Origin: Poseidonia sp.
GTDB lineage: Archaea; Thermoplasmatota; Poseidoniia; Poseidoniales; Poseidoniaceae
Reading direction: 5' to 3'
Assembly (NCBI GenBank): GCA_049412325.1
Contig: JBMSEL010000006.1
Coordinates: 3,458 to 67,457 of the forward strand
Length of the DNA stretch: 64,000 nucleotides
This document shows, piece by piece, positions 36,584 through 46,481 of this stretch. The notes under the pieces were generated by a model that was not told the DNA's origin, ran no database searches, and saw nothing but the letters and a program-made list of their open reading frames with translations. The number at the start of each line of letters is the position of its first letter. The stretch's first letter is position 1. Made by a program: the position numbers and the translations under genes.

Positions 36584-36909
36584 GGCCCGCCCATCGCACT
36601 GACGGCGTCCCTCCATGCGTCAAAAATCGACCACAAATAGAGCCCGAACCACAGGATAATGGTGAGGGCCAACGGGATTTGCAGAAATCCCCATTCAAGC
36701 CCACGCCGATGTTGTCGGTTGAAATGCTGTCCGAGGAAAAGGAACGGCACAGCCGCCAAGGCTGCGGCAATCAAGGGACGCAACGCCCCCCATGTCCCCA
36801 CGCCAAAGGTGATTTCACGCCAAATCTCTTTGACGATTCGCACGGGGAAGATGCCCTCTTTGGGTGGGGAGGATTCGGGAGCCAATTGGACCACGAGTTC
36901 CTCTTCCAT
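36568..36909 (-). CDS. Small hypothetical membrane protein (2 TM)
   Basis: Two hydrophobic helices; LYLWSIFDAWRDA end motif. Confidence 0.65.
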   Translation of the reverse strand: MEEELVVQLAPESSPPKEGIFPVRIVKEIWREITFGVGTWGALRPLIAAALAAVPFLFLGQHFNRQHRRGLEWGFLQIPLALTIILWFGLYLWSIFDAWRDAVSAMGGPQDQS

Positions 36910-36994
36910 GGCGGAGGCTGGCGTCTCATGTTTGTGAAGATGACGCCGATGTTGAGGGCGGATGAATCAAAAACCTGCCTTCTCATCTGTGCCC

Positions 36995-38026
36995 ATGGAG
37001 CCTGTGCAACGTGTACTGGTGACCGGGTTTGAACCGTTTGGCGGGAACGACACCAACATCAGTCAACAGGTGGTGAATCGCCTCCATCCTTCTCATGAAC
37101 TGGTGGACCCTTGGACACAGCACGTGTTCCCCGTTCGAGTCGAAACCGATGTGTTGACTGTTGACGCCCGAGGCGCCCAACGCACAGCAGCGCTCGTCCG
37201 AAACGGGATGAACTGGGATGCCATTCTCCATGTGGGTTTGTGCGAATCTTGTGAACATCCCCGCTTGGAACAACTCGCTCAAGACCGACTTGATATGCGA
37301 ATTCCGGACAACGAAGGACGTCAGATCAACGGTGGCCGATTGGATGGAGAGGGTCATCGCGGTTGTTGGTTGGACCTCTCGTTGTGGCAGGCTGAACACT
37401 TCCCCGTCCCGTTCACACGCTCAACGGATGCAGGTGCGTATCTATGCAACGAGACTTACCACGCCACCATGAAGGCCGTCTGTGAGCAGCCTTCAGAAGA
37501 TCCGGTCCCTCCGCCGGTGTTGTTTCTGCATCTCCCCGGCGAAGGGAAGTTTTCGGTTGAACAAGGCGTGGCGACGGTTGATGCGTGTTTGGCTTACATG
37601 CTTCGTCCTTATCCTGTGGCACCACAGCATGTGGTCGCTGCCGCGATTTCATCGCCATCTGGCGAGGTGCTTGTCGCCCAACGGTCTGCAGGCGAGGCCG
37701 ATGCGCTCCAATGGGAATTTCCGGGTGGAAAATGCGAGGCTGGAGAACCTTGGTCGAAGGCTCTTGAACGTGAACTGCGCGAAGAATTGGCGCTTGATGT
37801 AAGGGCGGGCCACCCCCTTGGCTCTTGGTACAGGCGCCGGGGAACAGAGGCCTTTGTCATTCACTTGATTCATTCCTCTGTGGAGGATGGCCAGAGAGAC
37901 GTATCGCTGAATGTCCATCAAGCCATTCAATGGTTGAATCCGAGCCTTGATTCAGGGTTGGAGTGGGCTGGTCGTGATGGGGAAATGCTGGCCTTCCTGA
38001 GTAAGGTGTTCAAACCCACGTTGTAG
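36995..38026 (+). CDS. Pyroglutamyl-peptidase I (C15)-Nudix hydrolase fusion
   Basis: VLVTGFEPFGG, RLE, PDNEG, STDAGAYLCN and FLHLP, then WEFPGGKCEAGE…RELREEL (Nudix box). Confidence 0.9.
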   Translation: MEPVQRVLVTGFEPFGGNDTNISQQVVNRLHPSHELVDPWTQHVFPVRVETDVLTVDARGAQRTAALVRNGMNWDAILHVGLCESCEHPRLEQLAQDRLDMRIPDNEGRQINGGRLDGEGHRGCWLDLSLWQAEHFPVPFTRSTDAGAYLCNETYHATMKAVCEQPSEDPVPPPVLFLHLPGEGKFSVEQGVATVDACLAYMLRPYPVAPQHVVAAAISSPSGEVLVAQRSAGEADALQWEFPGGKCEAGEPWSKALERELREELALDVRAGHPLGSWYRRRGTEAFVIHLIHSSVEDGQRDVSLNVHQAIQWLNPSLDSGLEWAGRDGEMLAFLSKVFKPTL

Positions 38027-38525
38027 GCTCGCCGTCTTCGGTCATGGAGTGGTCGTCGTCGATATGGCGCGGTATTTGTGTTCGTCCTGCATGCCATGTT
38101 GCTGCCTGAAGCCAATCCTCCAGGCCATCTCCGGTGATCGTGATGGAAAACACGCCTCCCAAGGGGTCATCACCGGGTATTGGAAAAGCGATTTTCCCAG
38201 CGACGGCGGCCTGTCGTGCAATCTGGAAGGTGGTGGTGTTTCCATCCATGTCCATTGACATAGCATCCAGGGCCGTGTCCAGAATTCGTTGCTCGTGGAG
38301 TTGCTGAAGAAACAAAGCAAGTGAAACATCATCGAACACCCATGTCGCGCTGATTGGATGGCCCAACGAAGGTTCGCTTTCAAGTTCCTGTGGCGCGACC
38401 TCAGGGAAGAGGTTTTGAAGCGCTTCCAGCACCTTGGTGGGTGAATCAACCCCCGAGAGTGTGGTGGTGATTCGGGTCGAGAACCCCTCGCCCACACCGG
38501 TGAGCCGCAAGCGTGAACCATCCAT
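38010..38525 (-). CDS. Probable UPF0201/DUF54-like RNA-binding-fold protein
   Basis: KVLEALQNLFP, QRILDTA, RQAAVAGKI and PLG resemble the archaeal DUF54 consensus (from recall). Confidence 0.6.
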   Translation of the reverse strand: MDGSRLRLTGVGEGFSTRITTTLSGVDSPTKVLEALQNLFPEVAPQELESEPSLGHPISATWVFDDVSLALFLQQLHEQRILDTALDAMSMDMDGNTTTFQIARQAAVAGKIAFPIPGDDPLGGVFSITITGDGLEDWLQAATWHAGRTQIPRHIDDDHSMTEDGEPTTWV

Positions 38526-38614
38526 GGACGAGGGAGGCGGTTGACCTCAAAGAACATACCGTGGGTGAGCACATGAGACGAAGAGGTGAAAACCGACTCC
38601 CATGACCACCTCAC

Positions 38615-39652
38615 ATGGATGGGGCTGAAGGTCCGGAACTGGCGACCGTCATCCCCGTTTACAACGAAGTTGAACACATTGAAGCCTGCTTGTTGTCGCT
38701 GCTCAAGCAAACCACCGAACCTACCCGACACATGATTTTGGTGCTCGACGGCGGTTCCACCGACGGTACACAAAGGGTGGTGGAGCGCATCATTGAAGCG
38801 CATCAAGGTGAGGAGTGGCCTTCCCTTTCCTTGATGAAAAACCCGAATCGCACCGTTGCTCATGCTCGAAACCTGGCTCTTCAAACACTGCCGGACAGCG
38901 TGGAGTTTCTGGTTGAGATGATTGGTCATGCCACCGTTGCTCCTGACCATCTTGAACGACGCTTTCAGGCATGGGCCGCGTGTGAGGTTGAAGCTGGCGC
39001 AGACCTTTCGGGTGTTGGTGTGCGGGTGCTTCCTGCTCAACAATCAACTACCCGAACAGCACGTTGGATCGACGGTGCTTTGGCATCACCCCTCGGGCGA
39101 AGCGGTGGACAATTCAGTCAATTCCGTGGTCGAGAACCAACAAAGGTCCCAGCTTTTGTCATGCATCGACGCTCTTCGTTGAGCGCCGTCGGCGGTTGGG
39201 ATGAATCGTTCATCACAAGTCAGGACAGTGAACTCTCCATGCGCTTGCTGAAATCAGGATACATTCTGTACAGGGATGGTGGCCCGACGGTCCACATGCA
39301 CAAACGAACCTCCCTGGTCAACTGGTGGAAAATGGGGCACAGGTATGGGTTTTGGCGGACGAAGGTCCTGATGAAGCACCCCCGGCGTGCGACATGGCAG
39401 GAATTTCTCCCTCTGCTTGGCCTTCTCGTGACCTTGGCCATGGTGGCCACAGGTGAGCCACGTTGGTGGGGACTTGCTGCCTGCTACGGGGCAGTCCTTG
39501 GATTGGCTGGTCTCGATCGTACTGCACGTGGCGACGGATGGTTGGCCCTGTTGGGGGTGCCGCTTTGTTTGCTGATGCTTCACACCAGTTTTACGTTGGG
39601 ATTGGTGGATGGACTGGTTCGCCGTGGGCGAATACCAAGCGACCGTTCATAG
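38615..39652 (+). CDS. Glycosyltransferase family 2 with C-terminal TM helices
   Basis: VIPVYNE, DGGSTDGT, ARN, VGGWDE, QDSEL. Confidence 0.9.
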   Translation: MDGAEGPELATVIPVYNEVEHIEACLLSLLKQTTEPTRHMILVLDGGSTDGTQRVVERIIEAHQGEEWPSLSLMKNPNRTVAHARNLALQTLPDSVEFLVEMIGHATVAPDHLERRFQAWAACEVEAGADLSGVGVRVLPAQQSTTRTARWIDGALASPLGRSGGQFSQFRGREPTKVPAFVMHRRSSLSAVGGWDESFITSQDSELSMRLLKSGYILYRDGGPTVHMHKRTSLVNWWKMGHRYGFWRTKVLMKHPRRATWQEFLPLLGLLVTLAMVATGEPRWWGLAACYGAVLGLAGLDRTARGDGWLALLGVPLCLLMLHTSFTLGLVDGLVRRGRIPSDRS

Positions 39653-39707
39653 AAACATTCAGCCAATAGATACATCAGGTAATCACCAAAACGGGAGGCT
39701 GAGCACG

Positions 39708-40643
39708 ATGGCTGAATCACGTGGTGTCACAAACCGCAGCCTCAGCGTGTTGCCACTTCTCGTGATGGGTGCCTCCCACTTTTCGCTCCCGCCGCTGCAG
39801 ACCATGTTTGAACTCGAACCACGATTGATGTACGGTTGGTACGGTGTGGCCTTGCTGCTCGGTGTGGTGGTCTATCGTCGCTCAGGCGTGGTCAAAGACC
39901 ATGAATACAACCGGGCAAAGGCCATGAGAAAAATCAAACATGTCTATGAGGCAGAAGAACGAGGTGTTTGGGCAACCGATGCACACCTCGATGGGACCTT
40001 GAACCCGGTGGACAAGCATGGCCTGAATCGTTCGGTTTCAGAAATTTCAGGAGAGGCTCCGGAAATGGAATTGGGCGACGAGGCCAAGGTGGAGGTCCAA
40101 ATGCTCAGTGAAGCGTCTCATATCGTCAAGGCCAACGCCCGCGTCACCGGTAGCGCTACCTTGGACGACGAAACCGTTGTCGGAACGATGGGTGCGAGCA
40201 GAAAAAGCGGTCCTATGGACCGTTTTTTAGACACGCTTTTCGGTTTCTTTGGGATTGATAGCAAGGCCGAGCGTGAAGCCCAACGGCAGGCAAGATTGCG
40301 ACAAGCTGCCTCAGCAGCCCCGGTTACGGCACAACGCCCTGTGGCTCCGCTTCGTCTCAACAAAGGAGAGGATGATTCGGAGGTCAACATCACCTCGATG
40401 AGCGATTCGGGCGGGGTTGAAACCGTGATGACCACATCAGGACAAGTTCGGGGCGGCGCTCAAGCATCGCCCGTTGGGAAGACCGTGCCGGCTGTTTCCG
40501 AATCACTGGAAAGCATGGCCATGATGGGTCAACCTCCCTCGTCGTCCAGTCCTATAGCCACCACGGGCCCGACATGCCGAGGTTGCGCTGCACCCGTGTC
40601 TCCCTCTGAGCGATTCTGCCCGCATTGTGGCTTGGACCTTTGA
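39708..40643 (+). CDS. Membrane protein with C-terminal zinc ribbon
   Basis: N-terminal TM segment; ends CRGC-x10-CPHCG. Start uncertain. Confidence 0.7.
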   Translation: MAESRGVTNRSLSVLPLLVMGASHFSLPPLQTMFELEPRLMYGWYGVALLLGVVVYRRSGVVKDHEYNRAKAMRKIKHVYEAEERGVWATDAHLDGTLNPVDKHGLNRSVSEISGEAPEMELGDEAKVEVQMLSEASHIVKANARVTGSATLDDETVVGTMGASRKSGPMDRFLDTLFGFFGIDSKAEREAQRQARLRQAASAAPVTAQRPVAPLRLNKGEDDSEVNITSMSDSGGVETVMTTSGQVRGGAQASPVGKTVPAVSESLESMAMMGQPPSSSSPIATTGPTCRGCAAPVSPSERFCPHCGLDL

Positions 40644-40699
40644 AGGACAAGCGTGAGGTTCAAAGCAGGTCCCCCGTCGTCTTGAACGAGGACGCCAAG

Positions 40700-41815
40700 A
40701 TGAGTGAGAAGCGAGACTACTACGACGTCCTTGACGTTGAGAAGTCGGCTTCGGCCAGTGACCTGAAGAACGCCTTCCGTCGCTTGGCTCGAAAATATCA
40801 CCCTGACCGGAGTACCGAAGAGGATGCGGAGGATCGCTTCAAAGAAATCCAAGAAGCCTATGCCGTCCTTTCAGACGACCAAAAGCGTGCTCAATACGAC
40901 CGATTTGGGCACAGCGGGCCCCAAGGTTCACCCTTCGGTGGAGGTGGCTTCAACATCAATCTCGAGGACATCCTCGGCGGTGATTTCTTTTCCTCGTTTT
41001 TTGGAGGTGGCTCACGCCGTAGTTCTGCACGTCGTGGTTCAGATATTCTCATTCGACACTCCATCTCGCTCCGTGATGTATTCCTCGGTTCAGACCAAGA
41101 GGTGGTTGTTGACCTCCCTGAACCGTGCACAACGTGCGATGGAACAGGTGCAGAAGGTGGTGCCTTGACCTCATGCGACAGGTGCGCTGGAAGAGGACAA
41201 GTCCGTGTTCGACAACAAGTGGGGCCGTTCATTCAAGAAGCGGTTCAGGCCTGCCAAGATTGTGGTGGGCGAGGGAAAGTGGCCGACCATCCGTGTACCG
41301 ATTGTTCGGGTCGCGGCCAACAACTTAAATCAAGCACGCTTCGATTCAGCGTCCCAGAAGGCGCTGAGGATGGCACCCGAATGAGGATGCGAGGGAAAGG
41401 TGAACCCGCTCCGCAAGGTGTAGGTGAACCCGGTGACTTGTTCATTGAGCTCGAAGTCGACCAGCACGATTGGTTCGAACGTTCTGGTTCCGACCTTATC
41501 ATGTCCCTGCCGCTTGGCTATGCCGATTTGGTCCTGGGAACCACGGTGGAGTTGGAGCATCTCGACGGTAAACCGCTGGTGATCAAGATTCCAGCTCTCT
41601 CCAACTCCGGTGAGACCATCGAATTGCGAAAGCGCGGACTTCCCAGGCAGCGAGGTGGAGGCCGAGGTGATGTGGTGGTGCTTTTGAAACTCCACATGCC
41701 GAAGAAAGTCCCCAAAGCCACACGGAAGGGTTTGGATGCTATGCGAGCGGACCTTGCCCCCGGCGATGTTGAGGCCAGCATCCTCGAAGATGCGAAAGAG
41801 CGCCGTCGTGGTTGA
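40700..41815 (+). CDS. dnaJ: Chaperone DnaJ
   Basis: J domain (RDYYDVL…HPD), G/F region, four CxxCxGxG repeats, C-terminal domain. Confidence 0.96.
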   Translation: MSEKRDYYDVLDVEKSASASDLKNAFRRLARKYHPDRSTEEDAEDRFKEIQEAYAVLSDDQKRAQYDRFGHSGPQGSPFGGGGFNINLEDILGGDFFSSFFGGGSRRSSARRGSDILIRHSISLRDVFLGSDQEVVVDLPEPCTTCDGTGAEGGALTSCDRCAGRGQVRVRQQVGPFIQEAVQACQDCGGRGKVADHPCTDCSGRGQQLKSSTLRFSVPEGAEDGTRMRMRGKGEPAPQGVGEPGDLFIELEVDQHDWFERSGSDLIMSLPLGYADLVLGTTVELEHLDGKPLVIKIPALSNSGETIELRKRGLPRQRGGGRGDVVVLLKLHMPKKVPKATRKGLDAMRADLAPGDVEASILEDAKERRRG

Positions 41816-41823
41816 CCGGCTGG

Positions 41824-44025
41824 TCATCGTTCGAGGGTTTCGGGAACTCGAGCAGCGAACGGTTGACCGTCCATACGGCCATTGAGTTCAACGTCAACTC
41901 GCTGTGCGGGTCCCACCAATTCGACGATGAGGTAGGTGCGGTGGCCAGGCCCCATGGTGTCAAGGAAGACTTCCTCGCCTTGGAAAAGGAAGCGTGGCTC
42001 TACATGAGCGACTTCAAAGCCTTGTCCTTCGGGAGCATCAAATCGGAGAGCAGCAAGATCCCATGTACCATTCAGGACATGAACGCCTACCACGACCGGC
42101 CAAGCCTCCTCCTGCGTTGCTAAGCGATTGTCGACACTCCAAATAGCGAGTGCGATGTCTTCGGTTCGATGTTCCAACCGCTTCGGCCCCCAAGCCTCCA
42201 GGCCTTCGTTCCAATCAAGTTCAGCGACGGCTCGCAAGGCCTTGCTCATGTCCATTCGCGCTTGCTTTGGGGTGCTTTCACCGCTGTCCAGCCTTGTGAT
42301 GTACCATGATAACCTCTCTTTCTTGGCAGCCACGGAGGCTGCAAAGGCTTGGGACCGTTTGATGTGGACCATCAGGTAAACCACGGGCAATAAGAACAGA
42401 AGCCCCATGAACCAACGTGCTACTCCACCCCAGAAAACAGCGTCTTCGCTGGGTGGGTACCATGGCTCATCGCCTTCATCGATCAGCGTGTAGGCGGGTC
42501 GCAGGGTGTAGGTTCTCGAAGGCACCTCTTCTCCCCAGAGGTGTGGCGTGGCTTCAGATGCATTTTGGAACCGGAGTTGGAGGTAATGCGTACCACGGCC
42601 GACTTGCAAACCGATTCGGAGTTGTTCGCCTACCGGGCGGGTGATATCTGTCGCCAACACTTCACCGGTGTTTTGATCGATGTCCCATAGTTGAATCTCA
42701 AGTCCTGTTACATCGCCCTCAACGACGAACTGAACGAAATGGATGGATTCGCTCCAGCCATCAACCACCAAACGGTAGGTGTCTGTTGTGTCATGAACCG
42801 CCAGGGTCAGTTCCCCGGGTGTGGCTTTTGTGAGGTTGATTACAGGCCATGATGCATTATCTGAGGCAAAGTCCGTTGGTCGATAGGAGGGTGCTTCAAG
42901 TCCGGAGAGATCATCAAAGGAACGAATGGATGCTTCGAGCATGAAGACGGGGGCATCGGTCACCTTGATTCGACCTGCACTCACGTCTGGATAGGGATAG
43001 ACCTTCATCGGTGCTCCGGGTTGGAGGATCTGGGTCGAACCGTCCACCCAAGCACCGTTGAGCAATTGGTCAACGGAGAACGCCAGAGGGTGGTGAACCG
43101 CCTTCACGGTCAGTTCGTGGACATCATCCCAGGAAAACGGGGCCGTGATGTTCTCGTGGCCGAGGATGACAGCGCCGGATGTGAGGTTGCTTTCCATCAA
43201 GGATTGGACCGATACAAGCGGGTGGTGAACGACATGGGCGACCCAAAATGCGGTGGGGGCCTGCGTCGTAAGGCGAGCGATAAACCGCCCGTCAGCAGGT
43301 GCTGTCCAGTGTTCTCCATGCGGAGCTGACGCTGACCAAACCGTGGGTGCATCGGTGTTGTGGACGACATCGATGAGCGTTTCACTCGTCTCGGTTTGGT
43401 GGAAGAACTCGACGGTCAGGGCATTGGTGGTCGCCATCCACTGCCACTCGATGGTGTCGCCCAGTGAGACGTTGAACGCCACGTGATGATGGGTGTTGGC
43501 TTTCACCATGCCACTTATTGTGGCCAGTTCATTGGTTCCTGGGACGGCAAAGAGGTGCTGGTCATTGGCCGTCAAGCATGCCATGGCTGAGGCGCACTCA
43601 ACGGGAGTGGCAACCTCAGTGGGTGCACCCGGGGCAGGACGTTGGGTGTTCATCGACGTGCTGACATTGTTGAACAGCAGCACTTCGACGTCTTCGCTTG
43701 AATCGGCCGTGAAGGTCAGTGTGAGGATGTCGCTTTGGTTGGCCTGAACACTGAGCATTCTGTCCCCGTGGGCCTCAATGACAAGATCGGCATCATGTTC
43801 GTCCACCTCAACATCGCAAGATGCACACGACCACGACAGGACCGCCGCCGTTTGAGGTGCCAAGGTGAATTGCACCTGCTGCACCTGACCTGAGGTGAGC
43901 TCAATGACGGACGCCCCCTCATCGAGTTGGATGGGTTGATTCGTCTGGGCGCCGGCAGGGACCCCAAGAAGCAGCAGAAGGAGAACGAGCACCACGGCTC
44001 GGCGCTCACCTTTGCCCCATCCCAT
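41824..44025 (-). CDS. Hypothetical single-pass membrane protein (large extracellular beta domains, ~180-aa cytoplasmic domain)
   Basis: Signal peptide (…LLGVPAGA) and one TM helix (WFMGLLFLLPVVYLMV). Long ORF with no competing gene. Confidence 0.75.
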   Translation of the reverse strand: MGWGKGERRAVVLVLLLLLLGVPAGAQTNQPIQLDEGASVIELTSGQVQQVQFTLAPQTAAVLSWSCASCDVEVDEHDADLVIEAHGDRMLSVQANQSDILTLTFTADSSEDVEVLLFNNVSTSMNTQRPAPGAPTEVATPVECASAMACLTANDQHLFAVPGTNELATISGMVKANTHHHVAFNVSLGDTIEWQWMATTNALTVEFFHQTETSETLIDVVHNTDAPTVWSASAPHGEHWTAPADGRFIARLTTQAPTAFWVAHVVHHPLVSVQSLMESNLTSGAVILGHENITAPFSWDDVHELTVKAVHHPLAFSVDQLLNGAWVDGSTQILQPGAPMKVYPYPDVSAGRIKVTDAPVFMLEASIRSFDDLSGLEAPSYRPTDFASDNASWPVINLTKATPGELTLAVHDTTDTYRLVVDGWSESIHFVQFVVEGDVTGLEIQLWDIDQNTGEVLATDITRPVGEQLRIGLQVGRGTHYLQLRFQNASEATPHLWGEEVPSRTYTLRPAYTLIDEGDEPWYPPSEDAVFWGGVARWFMGLLFLLPVVYLMVHIKRSQAFAASVAAKKERLSWYITRLDSGESTPKQARMDMSKALRAVAELDWNEGLEAWGPKRLEHRTEDIALAIWSVDNRLATQEEAWPVVVGVHVLNGTWDLAALRFDAPEGQGFEVAHVEPRFLFQGEEVFLDTMGPGHRTYLIVELVGPAQRVDVELNGRMDGQPFAARVPETLER

Positions 44026-44110
44026 GACATGGCGTGAGAGGGCGTCTTTCAAAACCCTCCCCCCGGTTTGGGTTCAAACTCTTCAAGAAGATACGGCCGC
44101 AGGGCATGGT

Positions 44111-45886
44111 ATGGCCGATGCCCTTGGGCGAACCGTTTTGCATCGCGACCGCTACGGCCGTGTTTGGGGTCTGGGTGACCGAAAATCACCAACGGCCAAG
44201 ACACCAGCGCTGGTGTTGATGCAAGACGACCCCCTTCTTCCTGTAGACTATGCACCGTTTTCCTCAACCTCCTCAGCATCGTTACCCTCGGTCTTGAGCA
44301 TCACATCTCGAGGTGCGTTCTCCCCACCTGAATTCACTGTCGAAGGACCAACGTATTCAGTCAACGTCGGACACGTCCTTCCTCCATCACTCGAAGATGC
44401 GAATGCAGGGGAGGCGCAAGGAACATCCTCCCTGTTGCCGGTCTCTTGGCAGCGGATGAATCACGATGATGCACTGACCGACCCATCGCTTGCTCCCGAA
44501 ATCGTGGTGTTGACCGATGCAGTTCAATTGGCCAGCCAACCGGGTAAATTACCCTTGGCGGTGATGACCCTCAAACATCGATTCCCTGGTGCCCTTCTCT
44601 GGACACCCGGCCTTGGTGGCCCGGACAACCTCAGCGTGCTCGTGTCCATGGGCGTCGATTTGTTTGACCTTGCTCGATGCAGAGAGGCGTCGGCTAACAA
44701 TGTCATGTTGACCGCATGGGGTCCACGCCTTCCTCTTGAACACGAAGTGACGAGCATCGAGGCTCAAGCCTATCACATGGTCAAAGCACTTGATGAGGTC
44801 CGAGCAGCTGTTATGTCCGGTTCCCTGCGGTCGCTGGCCGTCCAGCAAAGTCAGTCAAGTCCTCGCCTCGTGGAACACCTTCGACGGCATCAGGAACTGG
44901 CCGCTCAGCACGAGGGAGTCTTGGCTTCACACATGCCTGCCACGACCGAGTTTGCTTGTTTTTCGCCCAACGCCTTGCGCGATCCGCTGGTGGTTGATTG
45001 GGAACGGTTCATGACGGAGGCTTACGAGGCACCCTTGCCTGTTCGCACCGTGATGATTCTCTTACCTTGTTCGGCGAGAAAGCCATACAGGCTTTCAAAA
45101 TCACACAGCCAATTCCTGCGCGCCATCGCCACAACGGGTTGTCATGAGGTGATGATGACCTCACCTCTGGGTCTTGTACCAAGGGACCTTGAGGATGCTT
45201 GGCCCGCCGCCAACTACGATGTACCGGTGACAGGAGATTGGTCGTCGGATGAACTTGACCGTGTCCGAAGGATGTTGACAGCCTTGGTGCAGCGCGTCGG
45301 CTACAAGGAGATCATCAATCACACGGACATGGATTTGTCCTTCCTTTCCGTTAACGTTGTGAATACTCGTGAGGGTCAAGGTTCGACGAATTTCGATGCC
45401 TTGGCTCGATTGAGCGCAGCGGTCAAGGACGCCCGAGAGCGCTATGAATTAAAGAATCAAAAGAACAACCTTCGACTCAAGGAGCATTTCAAAAGCCTCG
45501 CCCGCAAGGTGACAGGCACCGATTCATGGTGTGAGGATTTGGTCGTCCGTGGCAAACTTCCTCGCTGGCGACTTGAACTCAATGGGACACAAATAGCTGT
45601 TTGGTCCATCGATCGCAATGGATTCTCGTTTTCGAGAGCGGCAGTGGAGCACCTCCATCAACATCAGGCGCTCAAAGTTGTTGTTTTGCATGGCGATGTG
45701 GTTTGGAAAGGTGACGTCTTTGCCCAGTTGGTCAAAGAGGCGGACCCGACCATCCGAATGGGCGATGACCTCAGGATTCTTCAGGGCGGAGATTGCATTG
45801 GTTTGGCCCGCGCGGTTGCTGCAGGTTGGGAATGGGGTGGTACGCCCGGAACCCTTGCGAAATCACACCAACGAAAGAAGAAGTGA
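44111..45886 (+). CDS. arcS: Archaeosine synthase alpha subunit-like (degenerate TGT domain + DUF5591-type domain + PUA-like C-terminus)
   Basis: MGVDLFD, LLPCSARKPYRLSKSH, TSPLGLVPRDLE, YDVPVTGDW, ADPTIRMGD. Confidence 0.85.
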   Translation: MADALGRTVLHRDRYGRVWGLGDRKSPTAKTPALVLMQDDPLLPVDYAPFSSTSSASLPSVLSITSRGAFSPPEFTVEGPTYSVNVGHVLPPSLEDANAGEAQGTSSLLPVSWQRMNHDDALTDPSLAPEIVVLTDAVQLASQPGKLPLAVMTLKHRFPGALLWTPGLGGPDNLSVLVSMGVDLFDLARCREASANNVMLTAWGPRLPLEHEVTSIEAQAYHMVKALDEVRAAVMSGSLRSLAVQQSQSSPRLVEHLRRHQELAAQHEGVLASHMPATTEFACFSPNALRDPLVVDWERFMTEAYEAPLPVRTVMILLPCSARKPYRLSKSHSQFLRAIATTGCHEVMMTSPLGLVPRDLEDAWPAANYDVPVTGDWSSDELDRVRRMLTALVQRVGYKEIINHTDMDLSFLSVNVVNTREGQGSTNFDALARLSAAVKDARERYELKNQKNNLRLKEHFKSLARKVTGTDSWCEDLVVRGKLPRWRLELNGTQIAVWSIDRNGFSFSRAAVEHLHQHQALKVVVLHGDVVWKGDVFAQLVKEADPTIRMGDDLRILQGGDCIGLARAVAAGWEWGGTPGTLAKSHQRKKK

Positions 45887-45963
45887 TGAGCCTACAGCAC
45901 GCCAGTGAATGGCGGAGTGATTAAGAAGGGGAGATAAGTCGGAAGGCCGCTTGGTGTTGTGAT

Positions 45964-46422
45964 ATGGCACGTATGTACAAGTCCCGAAAAGGCCAGAGTG
46001 GCTCAACCCGTCCTCACGTTTCCGAGGCACCTGAGTGGTCCAACACCGACAAAGATGCTGTTCAGTCCCTCATTCTTGACTTGGCCAAGGCCGGACACTC
46101 CACCGCCGAAATCGGCACCATCCTCCGTGACAAGCACGCCGTCCCGAACGTCCGTCTTGTCCTCGGCAAGCGCATTGGCCAAGTTCTCGCAGAGAACAAC
46201 ATGACCGGCAGCTACCCTGAAGACATGATGAACCTCATGCGTCAGGCTGTCGCCATCATCAACCACCTTGGCTCCGGCAACCACAAGGACATTCACAACA
46301 AGCGAGCCCTCGAAATCACCGAAGCTAAAATCCGCCGTCTTGCCTCTTACTACATCAGTGAAAACCGCCTCCCTAGCGACTGGCGCTACAAGCGAGACGA
46401 ACTCCGCCTCATGGTCGAGTGA
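45964..46422 (+). CDS. rps15: 30S ribosomal protein S15 (uS15, archaeal/S13e type)
   Basis: MARMY…GQSGSTRP, IGTILRD, PED, KIRRLASYY. Confidence 0.97.
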   Translation: MARMYKSRKGQSGSTRPHVSEAPEWSNTDKDAVQSLILDLAKAGHSTAEIGTILRDKHAVPNVRLVLGKRIGQVLAENNMTGSYPEDMMNLMRQAVAIINHLGSGNHKDIHNKRALEITEAKIRRLASYYISENRLPSDWRYKRDELRLMVE

Positions 46423-46449
46423 TTGAGCCACTGGCACGAACACCTTCAT

Positions 46450-46468
46450 GAGGAACGCAACGTTCCTC
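46450..46468 (+). terminator. Perfect 8-bp hairpin after rps15 (possible terminator or processing signal)
   Basis: GAGGAACG-CAA-CGTTCCTC followed by CGGTTTGTT. Confidence 0.4.
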
Positions 46469-46481
46469 CGGTTTGTTCACA

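Noticed and set aside
38042-39043. 333-aa minus-strand ORF overlapping the GT2 and DUF54-like genes
   Set aside because: No recognisable motifs, and it conflicts with two better-supported genes.
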